Of a stretch of DNA of 64,000 nt, positions 9,411-18,522 are shown piece after piece (the first letter of the stretch is position 1; every line of letters starts with the position of its first letter). The stretch spans positions 64,189 to 128,188 of the forward strand of contig JADGBR010000004.1 of NCBI GenBank assembly GCA_015231405.1, read 5' to 3'. The notes under the pieces are model-generated. The model did not search any database. It was not told the origin of the DNA and was given only the letters and a program-made list of their open reading frames with translations. This stretch comes from Candidatus Omnitrophota bacterium (GTDB lineage Bacteria > Omnitrophota > Gorgyraeia > Tantalellales > Tantalellaceae). The translations under genes and the position numbers were made by a program.

Positions 9411-10568
9411 ATGAAAAAACCTTCACCTTTAGTGTCTATAGTAATGCCCTGCCTCAACGAAGAAGAAACACTCGGGATATGCATAGAAAGGTCTAAAGCT
9501 GTTCTTAAAGACAATGCTATTGACGGCGAGATCATTGTTTGCGATAACGGATCGACCGACAGATCTGTGGAAATAGCACGGAGCCTGGGCGCTAAGGTTG
9601 TCCACGAACCAGAAAAAGGGTACGGCAACGCTTATCTTAAAGGATTTTCGGAAGCGCGCGGCGAATATTTCGTAATGATCGACGCCGATAATACCTATGA
9701 TTTCTCCCAGATACCGGTCTTTATTGAAAAACTTGAGAAAGAGTGTTATGACTTCGTCACCGGCAAAAGAATATTGAATTCACCGGGGACAGGGGCGATG
9801 TCATCTTCTCACTTCTTCGGGAATAAGATACTGACCTTCCTTCTGAACATTTTTTTTGGCACGAATTATACCGATGTCTACTGCGGCTTCAGGGCATTTT
9901 CCCGGGGAGCGTATGACAGGATAAAACCTGTCAGCGAAGGAATGGAATTCAACCTGGAAATAGCGATCAACGCCGCTAAGGACCATCTCAGGATCATCGA
10001 GATCCCCACTTCTTTATCACCAAGGAAGGGACAATCCAAACTTCGAACTTTCTACGACGGATGGAGAAGCCTTCGCCTTATGATCCTTTACGCGCCGAAT
10101 AAAACATTCGTTCTGCCAGGTTCCCTGGCAGGGATCACGGGGCTTATTCTCCATGCGCTATCCATGGCCGGTGTTTTCAATAAGCCTGTCTCCTCCGGCA
10201 ATTCGATATCCGGTATCGCGGGGATGATACTGAGCATTTTAGGTTTACATATTCTAAGCCTCGGCCTTTACACAAAGACCTACAGCCTATCGAGAAAATT
10301 CGAACGGAAAAACCAGTTCCTTGTGAACTTCTACAGCACGTTCAAACTTGAACACGGCATGACCTTGGGATCGCTGTTACTCGCCGGGGGGATCATATCG
10401 TTCTTATTGCTCATACCGCGCCTTTCGGCTATGAATTTTGAATCGGTCCTACCGGGGATGCTCTTTTCTTCGACAATTATCATATCGGGCGTCACTATCA
10501 TTTTCTCATCATTATTCATTTCGGCGATGAGCCTTGGCGGGAATCAAATAGTTAAAAAGGGTACTTAA
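9411..10568 (+). CDS. GT2-family polyprenyl-phosphate sugar synthase (ArnC/GtrB/DPM1-like)
   Basis: 385 aa. The N-terminal GT-A domain has SIVMPCLNEE, a DxD-like motif in VCDNGSTD, and MIDADN. The C-terminus has 3-4 TM helices, which is typical of Und-P-sugar synthases. Confidence 0.8.
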   Translation: MKKPSPLVSIVMPCLNEEETLGICIERSKAVLKDNAIDGEIIVCDNGSTDRSVEIARSLGAKVVHEPEKGYGNAYLKGFSEARGEYFVMIDADNTYDFSQIPVFIEKLEKECYDFVTGKRILNSPGTGAMSSSHFFGNKILTFLLNIFFGTNYTDVYCGFRAFSRGAYDRIKPVSEGMEFNLEIAINAAKDHLRIIEIPTSLSPRKGQSKLRTFYDGWRSLRLMILYAPNKTFVLPGSLAGITGLILHALSMAGVFNKPVSSGNSISGIAGMILSILGLHILSLGLYTKTYSLSRKFERKNQFLVNFYSTFKLEHGMTLGSLLLAGGIISFLLLIPRLSAMNFESVLPGMLFSSTIIISGVTIIFSSLFISAMSLGGNQIVKKGT

Positions 10569-10661
10569 AAAGAGTCGGCATCCCCGCCGGGATCATTATT
10601 ATCTTGATGAGAGTTCAATCCTTTCTTCCTTTTATCCAAACCCCATTGTATAATCTTAGTC

Positions 10662-11009
10662 ATGGATAATTCAGGGATCGGCGGGATAGATCGGGAACTG
10701 ATCGATAAGATAATCGAGACGATATTGCGGCGCAAATCCGTCGAAAAGATAGTTATTTTCGGGTCAAGGGCTTCAGGGGACCATGGAAGGACGTCCGATA
10801 TCGATATCGCCGTTTTCGCCGAAAAATGGTCGAGGACAGATTTCGCGCTAACCAAGGATGATCTGGAGGAAACAGTTCTAACTCCTTTGAAATTCGACCT
10901 GGTGGACTACCATGATCTTGCCGAAGGATCCCTCAAAAATAACATTTTGGCGAAAGGGAAGGTCATATATGACAAAAGAACGGATCAGGCAGCTTTACGG
11001 GGACTATGA
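10662..11009 (+). CDS. mntA: MntA-type minimal nucleotidyltransferase (antitoxin of a HepT/MntA TA pair)
   Basis: 115 aa. It carries the GS-x9-D-x-D nucleotidyltransferase signature GSRASGDHGRTSDIDIAV. Confidence 0.8.
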   Translation: MDNSGIGGIDRELIDKIIETILRRKSVEKIVIFGSRASGDHGRTSDIDIAVFAEKWSRTDFALTKDDLEETVLTPLKFDLVDYHDLAEGSLKNNILAKGKVIYDKRTDQAALRGL

Positions 11010-11370
11010 AAAGGCTCTACTTAAGCTGGAAGAGATCCTGAAAGAAAAACCGGTTAAAGGCAGCATAGTCGTCGACGCGACCATTAAACGGTTTGAATTC
11101 ACCTATGAGCTAGCCTGGAAACTCATGCAGAAGATCCTGGATCACGAGGGGATAGAAGTCAACTCGCCCAGGTCGGCGATAAAGGAATCTTTCCGGGAAA
11201 AGATAATAACCGACGGCCAGGGCTGGATCGAGATCCTCGAGGCCAGGAACAGGACTTCACATATTTATAATGAAACGCAGGCTTTAGAAATATGCAGGGA
11301 TATAGAAAATAAATTCTACGATAACTTCCGGGCGCTCAGAGACTCCGCGTCTAACTTCTTGAAACAATAA
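10969..11370 (+). CDS. hepT: HepT-like nucleotidyltransferase substrate-binding protein (HI0074 family; HEPN toxin)
   Basis: Start is placed at the internal Met MTKERIRQLYGDY. It overlaps the mntA 3' end by about 40 nt, as is typical for HI0073/HI0074 pairs. The sequence is helical and HEPN-like. Confidence 0.7.
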   Translation: MTKERIRQLYGDYEKALLKLEEILKEKPVKGSIVVDATIKRFEFTYELAWKLMQKILDHEGIEVNSPRSAIKESFREKIITDGQGWIEILEARNRTSHIYNETQALEICRDIENKFYDNFRALRDSASNFLKQ

Positions 11371-11616
11371 TTATCATGAGCTCTGTTATTTGATCCCGCG
11401 GAGTTTCCAGAATATCTCGCGGCGTTTCGGGGAGGCTGTCCGGAGCAGGGAGTCATGCATCTTCTCGAGCCATTCCAGTTTTTTCTTAGGCGGTATCTTC
11501 ATGGACCGGGCGACCTTTTCCTCTTCGCTTTCCCATCCGAAGTTTATCTTTTCCCTCCGGTCAGCTTAATTATTATAATGTATCACAAGATCTCCTCATG
11601 CGCAAATGAAGCTCCG

Positions 11617-12396
11617 TTAGCCTCTGGCCATAAACATGAACTTATGCATCCACCCGATCTTCCGCATAAGGAATTCACTTCTAAGTAAAGGCGGGACATG
11701 TTTGCCGTATTTTTCGTGCAGGCGCTTCCTTTCGCTCCTGCGCACATCCTGGAGGCGGCTTGTTTTCGAGTCTTTGTGGATCCTGAATTTTGTGAAGTTC
11801 TCGTCCACATACTCGAATTTCGCGCCGTTAAGTATGAATCTGGTAAAGAGGTCCGGGTCCATCACGAACCGGAAAGAAGGGTCGATGCCTCCGGATCTTT
11901 CGTATATATCCCTGGTCCAGAAAGACGCGGGCTGCCAGACCATGTAGCCGCCATAGACGTAAAAAGGGAGAGCTAGTCTCTTGGGGAAAGGGCGCTGCAG
12001 GCGCTTTCCGATATCCGCGCCTTGCTCGTCGATCAGGAGTTCATTACCGTACACAACGTCGGCTGTTTTAGTCCTGAATACCTCAGCCGCTTTTCGAAGC
12101 GTCCCGGGCAAATACACGTCATCCGAGTTCAGCCAGGCGAAAATACTTCCTGTAGCCTTCTCGAAACCTTTCCGGATAGCGTCCGCCTGCCCGCCGTCTT
12201 TCTCACTGACCCAGTAAGACAGTTTATCCGCGTACTTTCGGATAATTTCGACGCAGCCGTCGGTGGAACCGCCGTCGATGATAATGTATTCGATATAAGG
12301 ATAGTCTTGCGTGAGTACGGATCTTATCGTCTCTTCCAAAAACGCCGACTGGTTGAATGACGGCGTTATAACAGTGAAAATAGGGTTTATTTTCAT
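11617..12396 (-). CDS. GT2-family glycosyltransferase
   Basis: 259 aa. Motifs: TVITPSFNQ, DYPYIEYIIIDGGSTDG, and a DxD in NSDDVY. Confidence 0.8.
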   Translation of the reverse strand: MKINPIFTVITPSFNQSAFLEETIRSVLTQDYPYIEYIIIDGGSTDGCVEIIRKYADKLSYWVSEKDGGQADAIRKGFEKATGSIFAWLNSDDVYLPGTLRKAAEVFRTKTADVVYGNELLIDEQGADIGKRLQRPFPKRLALPFYVYGGYMVWQPASFWTRDIYERSGGIDPSFRFVMDPDLFTRFILNGAKFEYVDENFTKFRIHKDSKTSRLQDVRRSERKRLHEKYGKHVPPLLRSEFLMRKIGWMHKFMFMARG

Positions 12397-12418
12397 AGGT
12401 CAGCACTGAGGTTCGCGC

Positions 12419-14914
12419 TTATTTTTTCCGACCCCAATCGGCCAGTATCTCCTCATACCATTTATGATATTTCGAACATTGATTATTAAGATCGAACCTC
12501 TGGCAGGCGTCTTTCGCAGCATTCTGCCCTAGCATCGTATTAAGGTCCCGCTCCTTCAATAATTTGGCGATAGCCTCGCTCATTTTTGCGGAGTCACCTC
12601 TTGGAACAAGAATACCCGTAGCTTCTTCCGGGCCATATGAATTCCATTCATCCGGCGGCGCCCCCTCAGCCTTCAACCCCTTTACCTGCTCTGGTATACC
12701 GCCAACAGCGCTAGCTACTACGGGTATACCGCAAGCCAAAGCCTCAAGGACCGTATTGGGAAAAGTGTCAGCCCTGGCCGCGTGAGCGTAGATATCCGCT
12801 GCTCGATACATATCCGCCACTTTCCGGGTATCATTCTCGAAACTCATGAACTTAATCTCAAGATTATCCTGTATCTCCACCGGTCCCGTCTCACCCAGGA
12901 CCAGAAAAAGTATTTTCCCGGACGGGGCAAAAGACCTGGAAGCCTTTATCGCGGATGTCCTGATAGTTTCATAATCCTTAAAAACGTTCTTCCTTATGCC
13001 GTTACCAATGAACAGTATTATCCTGGCATCGAGAGGCAGTCCCAACCTCTTACGGGCCACGCTCTTATCCCCCGGGCGGAATACCGAAAGATCCACCCCG
13101 TTGTTTATGACCCTGAGCTCAGCGATCGCCGGCATCATCATGGACCTTTTCACATTCTCCATAAGCCACTTTGAAGGAGTCGCCACATAAAGCCTGCTGC
13201 GCGAAAATATATCTTTCCTCACGGCCCAATCCCTTGCGGTTATATCCCTCCAAACCGACGGATATATCAGAAGGTCCGGGCATTCGCCGCATCCGGTCTT
13301 CCACCTCATGCATTCCATGAAATGCGCGCAATGGCCTGTCAGAAGCCACGCGTCATGAAGGGTGAACATCAATGGAACTTCCGACGAAAGATACGGGATA
13401 GCTCCAAGATCGAAATATCCGCCGTGAAGGCAATGACAATGGACCAGGTCTGGGCGTTCCCTTGGGATATCAAGAAGTTTTCGGCATACGGGAAAATCAA
13501 GGTCTTCAAAACCGTAATAGCGTTCTTTTTTGCCGAACAGCCCGGCTAATGAGCACGAAATGCGTAAAGGCCATACCGCGATCCTGCCCATGTATTTTCT
13601 TATGGAACGCCCTACTAGAAGCCACGCTCTCACCCAATATTCATTAAGGCCCTTCCCCAATATCCTGTAAACCCTGTTTTTTTTGCTTCGCTTATAACCG
13701 ACACCCATCAAAGGCATACACCCGCGTTTTTCAAGATAATTAAAAAGGTTCCACGCGACCTTCGCGGCCCCGCCACCTTCTTCGACGGTATGCACCTGCA
13801 TTACCTTGAGCTTCTGAAGGGTCATGTCATAAAGTTTTTTATCTTTTATGCCGCTCAATAATTTATCGAATTTTGGGAAGAAAAGATATAACCTGTCCCC
13901 GAAGAATATCCAGTAATCGTTGTTATATGCTTTACGGAACACGAATCTCAACTGCGATTTAAATTGCCCTATTCTGGAATGCCATTTCTCGGGTTTTCCG
14001 CCTTTGACCGTACGGATGGAAGCGGTATGGAACGGAAGTTTCCCTGTGCCAAATAAATCCCTGAGCCAGCTCTCAATTTCGATAAGCCCTTTTATGTACG
14101 GCATGTACAAATAGTGTCTGAGCGCGATGCTCGCATCCACTTCATACCTATGTAGCCTTGGATCATAGATGTTTTTTGTTATTTTCCTGAGCCCGTGGAA
14201 ATGGAAAAGCACCAGTGGCAATGAATCTATGAATATCCCGCGTTCTTCGTATCTAATTTTATATCTTTCAACGTTCCAGGGCGCCAACCCCACGCCTTTA
14301 TGTTCGAGAACAACGACACCTTTGAACAGCCGCGGCCAATCGTCAAGATATTTCTGGTCCGCGTAGAGCCCGTTCTCCTCACGGTCATAGCACCATTCCA
14401 GGCATTGTTCACCCCATTTTTTCAGGCACTTAACCGCCGAGCCATCCCTTCTGAAAGCCAGAAGGCTGACGTTATATATCCCCCGGGCCTCCAGATGTTC
14501 CAAATGAGGCGGGAATCTGTGGCCGATTATCAGTATGGACCCGTCGCCGAGTTCAGTATAGATCGGGTCAGGGCTTGAAAGGAATAAAAGGTCCGCGTCC
14601 AAATAGGTTATAAGATCGACCTCGGGGGCCGCGTTGAGAATAAAAAGCGGCAGAAATGGGGTACAAGTAAAATAATATTCGACGGTGGTCCTGTTACTTT
14701 TAACATCGGCCAATCCCGGATTGAACGCTTCAAACTCTAATAATCTGATCGGGACGACCTCCGGGAGGTTTATTTTCTGCAAAGTCTCGAAGGTCATGTC
14801 ATCGAAACAAAGCACCCATAACCTGAAATCCCCGGCAAAACGGCACAACGACCTGTATAACGCTATGCCTTTCGTCAGGTAATGCGAATCAAAATATGTG
14901 CAGTAATATTTCAT
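12419..14914 (-). CDS. Bifunctional glycosyltransferase: N-terminal GT-A-like nucleotide-sugar transferase domain fused to a GT4 (GT-B) domain
   Basis: 831 aa. The N-terminal ~330 aa contains DADLLF (a DxD). The middle region has QVHTVEEGGGAAKVAWNL (the GT4 N-lobe start). The C-terminal region has the GT4 E-x7-E-type region ...FPNTVLEALACGIPVVAS. Confidence 0.7.
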   Translation of the reverse strand: MKYYCTYFDSHYLTKGIALYRSLCRFAGDFRLWVLCFDDMTFETLQKINLPEVVPIRLLEFEAFNPGLADVKSNRTTVEYYFTCTPFLPLFILNAAPEVDLITYLDADLLFLSSPDPIYTELGDGSILIIGHRFPPHLEHLEARGIYNVSLLAFRRDGSAVKCLKKWGEQCLEWCYDREENGLYADQKYLDDWPRLFKGVVVLEHKGVGLAPWNVERYKIRYEERGIFIDSLPLVLFHFHGLRKITKNIYDPRLHRYEVDASIALRHYLYMPYIKGLIEIESWLRDLFGTGKLPFHTASIRTVKGGKPEKWHSRIGQFKSQLRFVFRKAYNNDYWIFFGDRLYLFFPKFDKLLSGIKDKKLYDMTLQKLKVMQVHTVEEGGGAAKVAWNLFNYLEKRGCMPLMGVGYKRSKKNRVYRILGKGLNEYWVRAWLLVGRSIRKYMGRIAVWPLRISCSLAGLFGKKERYYGFEDLDFPVCRKLLDIPRERPDLVHCHCLHGGYFDLGAIPYLSSEVPLMFTLHDAWLLTGHCAHFMECMRWKTGCGECPDLLIYPSVWRDITARDWAVRKDIFSRSRLYVATPSKWLMENVKRSMMMPAIAELRVINNGVDLSVFRPGDKSVARKRLGLPLDARIILFIGNGIRKNVFKDYETIRTSAIKASRSFAPSGKILFLVLGETGPVEIQDNLEIKFMSFENDTRKVADMYRAADIYAHAARADTFPNTVLEALACGIPVVASAVGGIPEQVKGLKAEGAPPDEWNSYGPEEATGILVPRGDSAKMSEAIAKLLKERDLNTMLGQNAAKDACQRFDLNNQCSKYHKWYEEILADWGRKK

Positions 14915-14989
14915 CGTCCCGCTTTAGATTTCATTATTTTGTCCGAAACATACCCTGCGCCAGGCCGTTAATATCCATGGTATTGGGGA

Positions 14990-16537
14990 TCAGCCTGTCT
15001 GATCGCGCGCATATTTACCGCCATTTATGATACCTCTGGCCTCAAGCCTCGATCTATCCAGGCATATCTGGATATTTTCATAGATGCCGTTATCCGCTAA
15101 TCCGGCCTTATAGCATATTCGGCCTGCCCAGAGCATAATAAGCTCCAGTACCGCTACTTTCCACCCGACCGCTTTTCTTTTCTCGATCCTGTAAACTTTC
15201 CATATTCTATCATACATAAGCGACAATTTCTCATCGCTCATCGCCGACATGTTCACGACGCTTTTCCAATGCCCCTCGGATCTGAAATACTTATCGTAGA
15301 ACTCCTTATCGTCTTTCATATATCCCCCGGAAAATATCTGCTCATAAAGTTTAGACCCCGGGAAAGGCGTCGCTATAGTGAAATTAAATTGTATGTTCTT
15401 ATTCTCCCTGACAGCATCCCTGACCAGCCGGATAGACATTTCAGCTTCTTCCTCTGTTTCCGCGTACTGCCCAAGCATTATCGATACGGTCGGCAATATC
15501 CCGGCTTCTTTCAGTCTCCTTAAACCTCTCCGTACCGTATCCGCCGTGAACGCTTTGCCTATTACCTTGAGCACCCGGTCGGACCCGGATTCTATCCCCA
15601 GACCCATTATCCTGCATCCCGTCGTTCTCAGCTCCGCCAAAAGGCCGTCGTCTATCCTGTCCAGGATATCGAACCGGGATGAAACGGAATACTCGATCGG
15701 ATAAGGCAGGGACTTTATTTGATCTATTATCTTTCTCACCCTATCCGTCGAATACAGGGTCGTTTCATCGGAAAAATATAGGACGTTCCCCTTAAATGAG
15801 AGAAGGGCTTCCCTGGCTTCTTTCATCATCAGCTCTACCGGACGGAACCGGGGCTTGCTGTGATGATAACAGAAATTACATGTGAACGGACACCCTCGCC
15901 CGCCATGGACATTGATAACCCTGTCGTTAAACCGCCAGTGCGGCTGCGGGAATTTGCGCGCGTACCACCTGCCGATCTCTAACCACTGCCGCTCCGGGAA
16001 TAGCTCATAAGGTATCGCGGGCAGATCTTTAAGGTCCTCGATATATTCTTCCCCGCCGGTATGGACGAACTCCCCGTCTTTTTTGAATACCAGCCCTCTG
16101 ACGCCGCTGAGATCCTTCCCCTCCCTCAAGTATTTTACCAGATTATACAGGGTGACCTCGCCTTCCCCTAAAGCCGCGAGATCGGCTCCGGTAACTTCCA
16201 GTGCTAGTTCAGGTATTGGGGTGACCATCTGTCCGCCTATGACGACCGGCACCCCGGGACAGGCTTCTTTGATCATACTGATAAGCCCGGCCAGTTCCTT
16301 AAGTTCCGGATAGAGTCCACCTATCCCTACGAGAATAGGACGTTTATCGGCGATATCCCTTACCAGATTTCCATACTTTTTATCCTCCGGCCGGAACAGA
16401 AGCTCGACGGGTTCTCCCTTTTCCTTCAAATACCCGGCCAGGTACGCGTAGGATAAGGGGAACGTGAACGCTATAGCCCTGGATACGAGAACAACCGGAC
16501 GATGGATACCTTTAACTGTCACTTTTATCTCCATTTC
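14990..16537 (-). CDS. B12-binding domain radical SAM protein (class B rSAM)
   Basis: There is an N-terminal cobalamin-binding Rossmann region and then CPFTCNFC (CxxxCxxC). Start is placed at the internal Met MEIKVTVKG (16537), which leaves a 24-nt gap to the upstream gene. The track ORF extends to 16642. Confidence 0.8.
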   Translation of the reverse strand, partial: EMEIKVTVKGIHRPVVLVSRAIAFTFPLSYAYLAGYLKEKGEPVELLFRPEDKKYGNLVRDIADKRPILVGIGGLYPELKELAGLISMIKEACPGVPVVIGGQMVTPIPELALEVTGADLAALGEGEVTLYNLVKYLREGKDLSGVRGLVFKKDGEFVHTGGEEYIEDLKDLPAIPYELFPERQWLEIGRWYARKFPQPHWRFNDRVINVHGGRGCPFTCNFCYHHSKPRFRPVELMMKEAREALLSFKGNVLYFSDETTLYSTDRVRKIIDQIKSLPYPIEYSVSSRFDILDRIDDGLLAELRTTGCRIMGLGIESGSDRVLKVIGKAFTADTVRRGLRRLKEAGILPTVSIMLGQYAETEEEAEMSIRLVRDAVRENKNIQFNFTIATPFPGSKLYEQIFSGGYMKDDKEFYDKYFRSEGHWKSVVNMSAMSDEKLSLMYDRIWKVYRIEKRKAVGWKVAVLELIMLWAGRICYKAGLADNGIYENIQICLDRSRLEARGIINGGKYARDQTG

Positions 16538-17360
16538 CTGCGGACTTGAACAGATATCCTCTGTAGCCGCACTCTTCGGGAGCGCGGTAAATCCTCGGCT
16601 TATAACCGTAAATAAACTCCCTGACAAGCTCGAGCCCGGCATCCGCGGCGGATCTTAAAAAGACTTTGCCGTTAAGGCACCATGAAAGGTATTCCGTTCC
16701 ATATCCGTACTTGTAAGGCCTCTGGATAAAAACGAACGGTTCGCCGGAAAACACCACGGGCAGCTGCGCGACGTATATATATCCCTCGGTCACCCTCGCC
16801 AGATCTCGAAGGGTCTTTCTCCAATCTTCCGAATAGTGCAAGCTTGTACCGGCCATTACCAGGTCGTACCTTCCATTAAGACAACTCTCATCGGATACGA
16901 ATACCTGATCCGGAAACAGGGTTTTACCGTGTTCCGTGAATACCGCGTGGTCTTTACAGGTATAGGATATGTCCAGCCGCGGGAACATTTCTTTCGCCAG
17001 GAAATAATACTGTCCTATCCCTCCCCCCCAATCCAACATACTTATGGAACTTTTCCCGAGCGCTGAAACCCCGAGAGCATAAGAGAAAGACATGTTTATA
17101 TTGTGCGCGAAAACATCTTCCCGCTCCGGTCTCTTCATCTCCAGAGTAATTCCCACAGGCCCTTTATCGGAGACGCAAGAGGCGTAAAACGGCCATTTCT
17201 TTCTATAAACATCCAGTATTTTCTCAACACCCCAGCCCTTAACTTCGGGGTGCCCTTTGAGGTATTTCCACCCCTCGGGGATATATTCCCACTGCGGCTT
17301 TTTCAGCCTCAAGACGAACATCGCCTTTTCGACCAGGTCTATCGCGCTGTTCTTTCCCAT
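16512..17360 (-). CDS. Putative SAM-dependent methyltransferase
   Basis: 282 aa. The G-rich motif MLDWGGGIGQYY resembles MTase motif I. It is 1 nt from the next gene. Confidence 0.5.
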   Translation of the reverse strand: MGKNSAIDLVEKAMFVLRLKKPQWEYIPEGWKYLKGHPEVKGWGVEKILDVYRKKWPFYASCVSDKGPVGITLEMKRPEREDVFAHNINMSFSYALGVSALGKSSISMLDWGGGIGQYYFLAKEMFPRLDISYTCKDHAVFTEHGKTLFPDQVFVSDESCLNGRYDLVMAGTSLHYSEDWRKTLRDLARVTEGYIYVAQLPVVFSGEPFVFIQRPYKYGYGTEYLSWCLNGKVFLRSAADAGLELVREFIYGYKPRIYRAPEECGYRGYLFKSAGNGDKSDS

Positions 17361-17361
17361 G

Positions 17362-18522
17362 CTATAACTCCAAAGCGGGTTTAACTTTTTCGAATAACCT
17401 CTCCATATTATAATCCCTGATCGTCCTTTTTTGTCCCTCTTTCGCTACCATACCTGTTTCTTTCCACTTTTTTCCGATAATAATGTCTTTCAATTTGTCC
17501 AGCAACTCTTCTTTGTGACTATATGTCAATATTTCCTTGCCGGGCTCAAATAATTCCGGTGTGTTTTCAAACCCTTCGGTAACAAGGCAGGCACCGGATC
17601 CGGTAGCTTCGTACATGCGCATATTCCCGCTGTACCGGCAGGCAAGGCCTATATGCGTATTCAGCGTGAGCTTTGACCTCGCGAGCGTTTTATACATTTC
17701 CAGATCGTAAAGGGGCCCTCTGTGCTTTGTCCGGATAACTTCGCAGTTCTTGACGTACTCACGCAAAATATCTTTCCCCTCGGGTGAAACCTTGCCTATA
17801 TCACGCCCCTTTCGTTTTCTGACCATATCGGACAGGATCGCCTTGACGTCACTCAAAAACCCCGGTTGATCCATCCGTCCGAACACGTCTATGTCTATCC
17901 CGTTCCTGATGAGGAAGGCCAGGGTATCCGCTCTTTCCGCGTGCGAGGGCGATATCGTCCCGATAAAAGTGATATCGTGTTCTTTTTCCGGACTTCCCAG
18001 AAGTTTCAACACCTCACCGTCAAACCCCGGCTTAAGAACGATGACTTTTTCGAACCTGTCATGGTATCCGGCATAAGTCCCCGGATTTTCGGTGAATAAT
18101 ACCGATATCCCGCGAGGGTCGATCTCCTTCCTAAAAGGGAGCGCAATCCAGGTAACCACTTTCCCCGCATATCCGGATATCTCTTTTATAAAATCCCCGT
18201 AAAGATCGAATATCCCGTCTATCCAGAGTATATCGGGCTTTAACCTTTTTATCTGCTCCGCTACGGTCTTTTCCCAGCTCCTCTCATCAGCGCCATTCTC
18301 AGCGACCCATTTCCTCTGGAGCGGGATATCATTGACCACTATAAAATCGGACGAAAATCCTTTCTCCGAGGCGTATCTCAAGAGCCGTAAAGGCCAGGAA
18401 AAATTCTCGCGGGCTATCCTTTCCTTGTGTTCCAGGTACGAAAGACGACCGAGGCCGGGGTTTTTCCCGTAAAACCATTTAAGATGATCGCCGTAAAACC
18501 TTAGAAGCATCAGGATCTTCAT
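17362..18522 (-). CDS. CgeB-like glycosyltransferase (GT-B fold, DUF3880/Glyco_trans_1_2-like)
   Basis: 386 aa. The C-terminal region ...ATGSGACLVTEG... and the overall layout resemble the spore-maturation CgeB family. Confidence 0.5.
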   Translation of the reverse strand: MKILMLLRFYGDHLKWFYGKNPGLGRLSYLEHKERIARENFSWPLRLLRYASEKGFSSDFIVVNDIPLQRKWVAENGADERSWEKTVAEQIKRLKPDILWIDGIFDLYGDFIKEISGYAGKVVTWIALPFRKEIDPRGISVLFTENPGTYAGYHDRFEKVIVLKPGFDGEVLKLLGSPEKEHDITFIGTISPSHAERADTLAFLIRNGIDIDVFGRMDQPGFLSDVKAILSDMVRKRKGRDIGKVSPEGKDILREYVKNCEVIRTKHRGPLYDLEMYKTLARSKLTLNTHIGLACRYSGNMRMYEATGSGACLVTEGFENTPELFEPGKEILTYSHKEELLDKLKDIIIGKKWKETGMVAKEGQKRTIRDYNMERLFEKVKPALEL

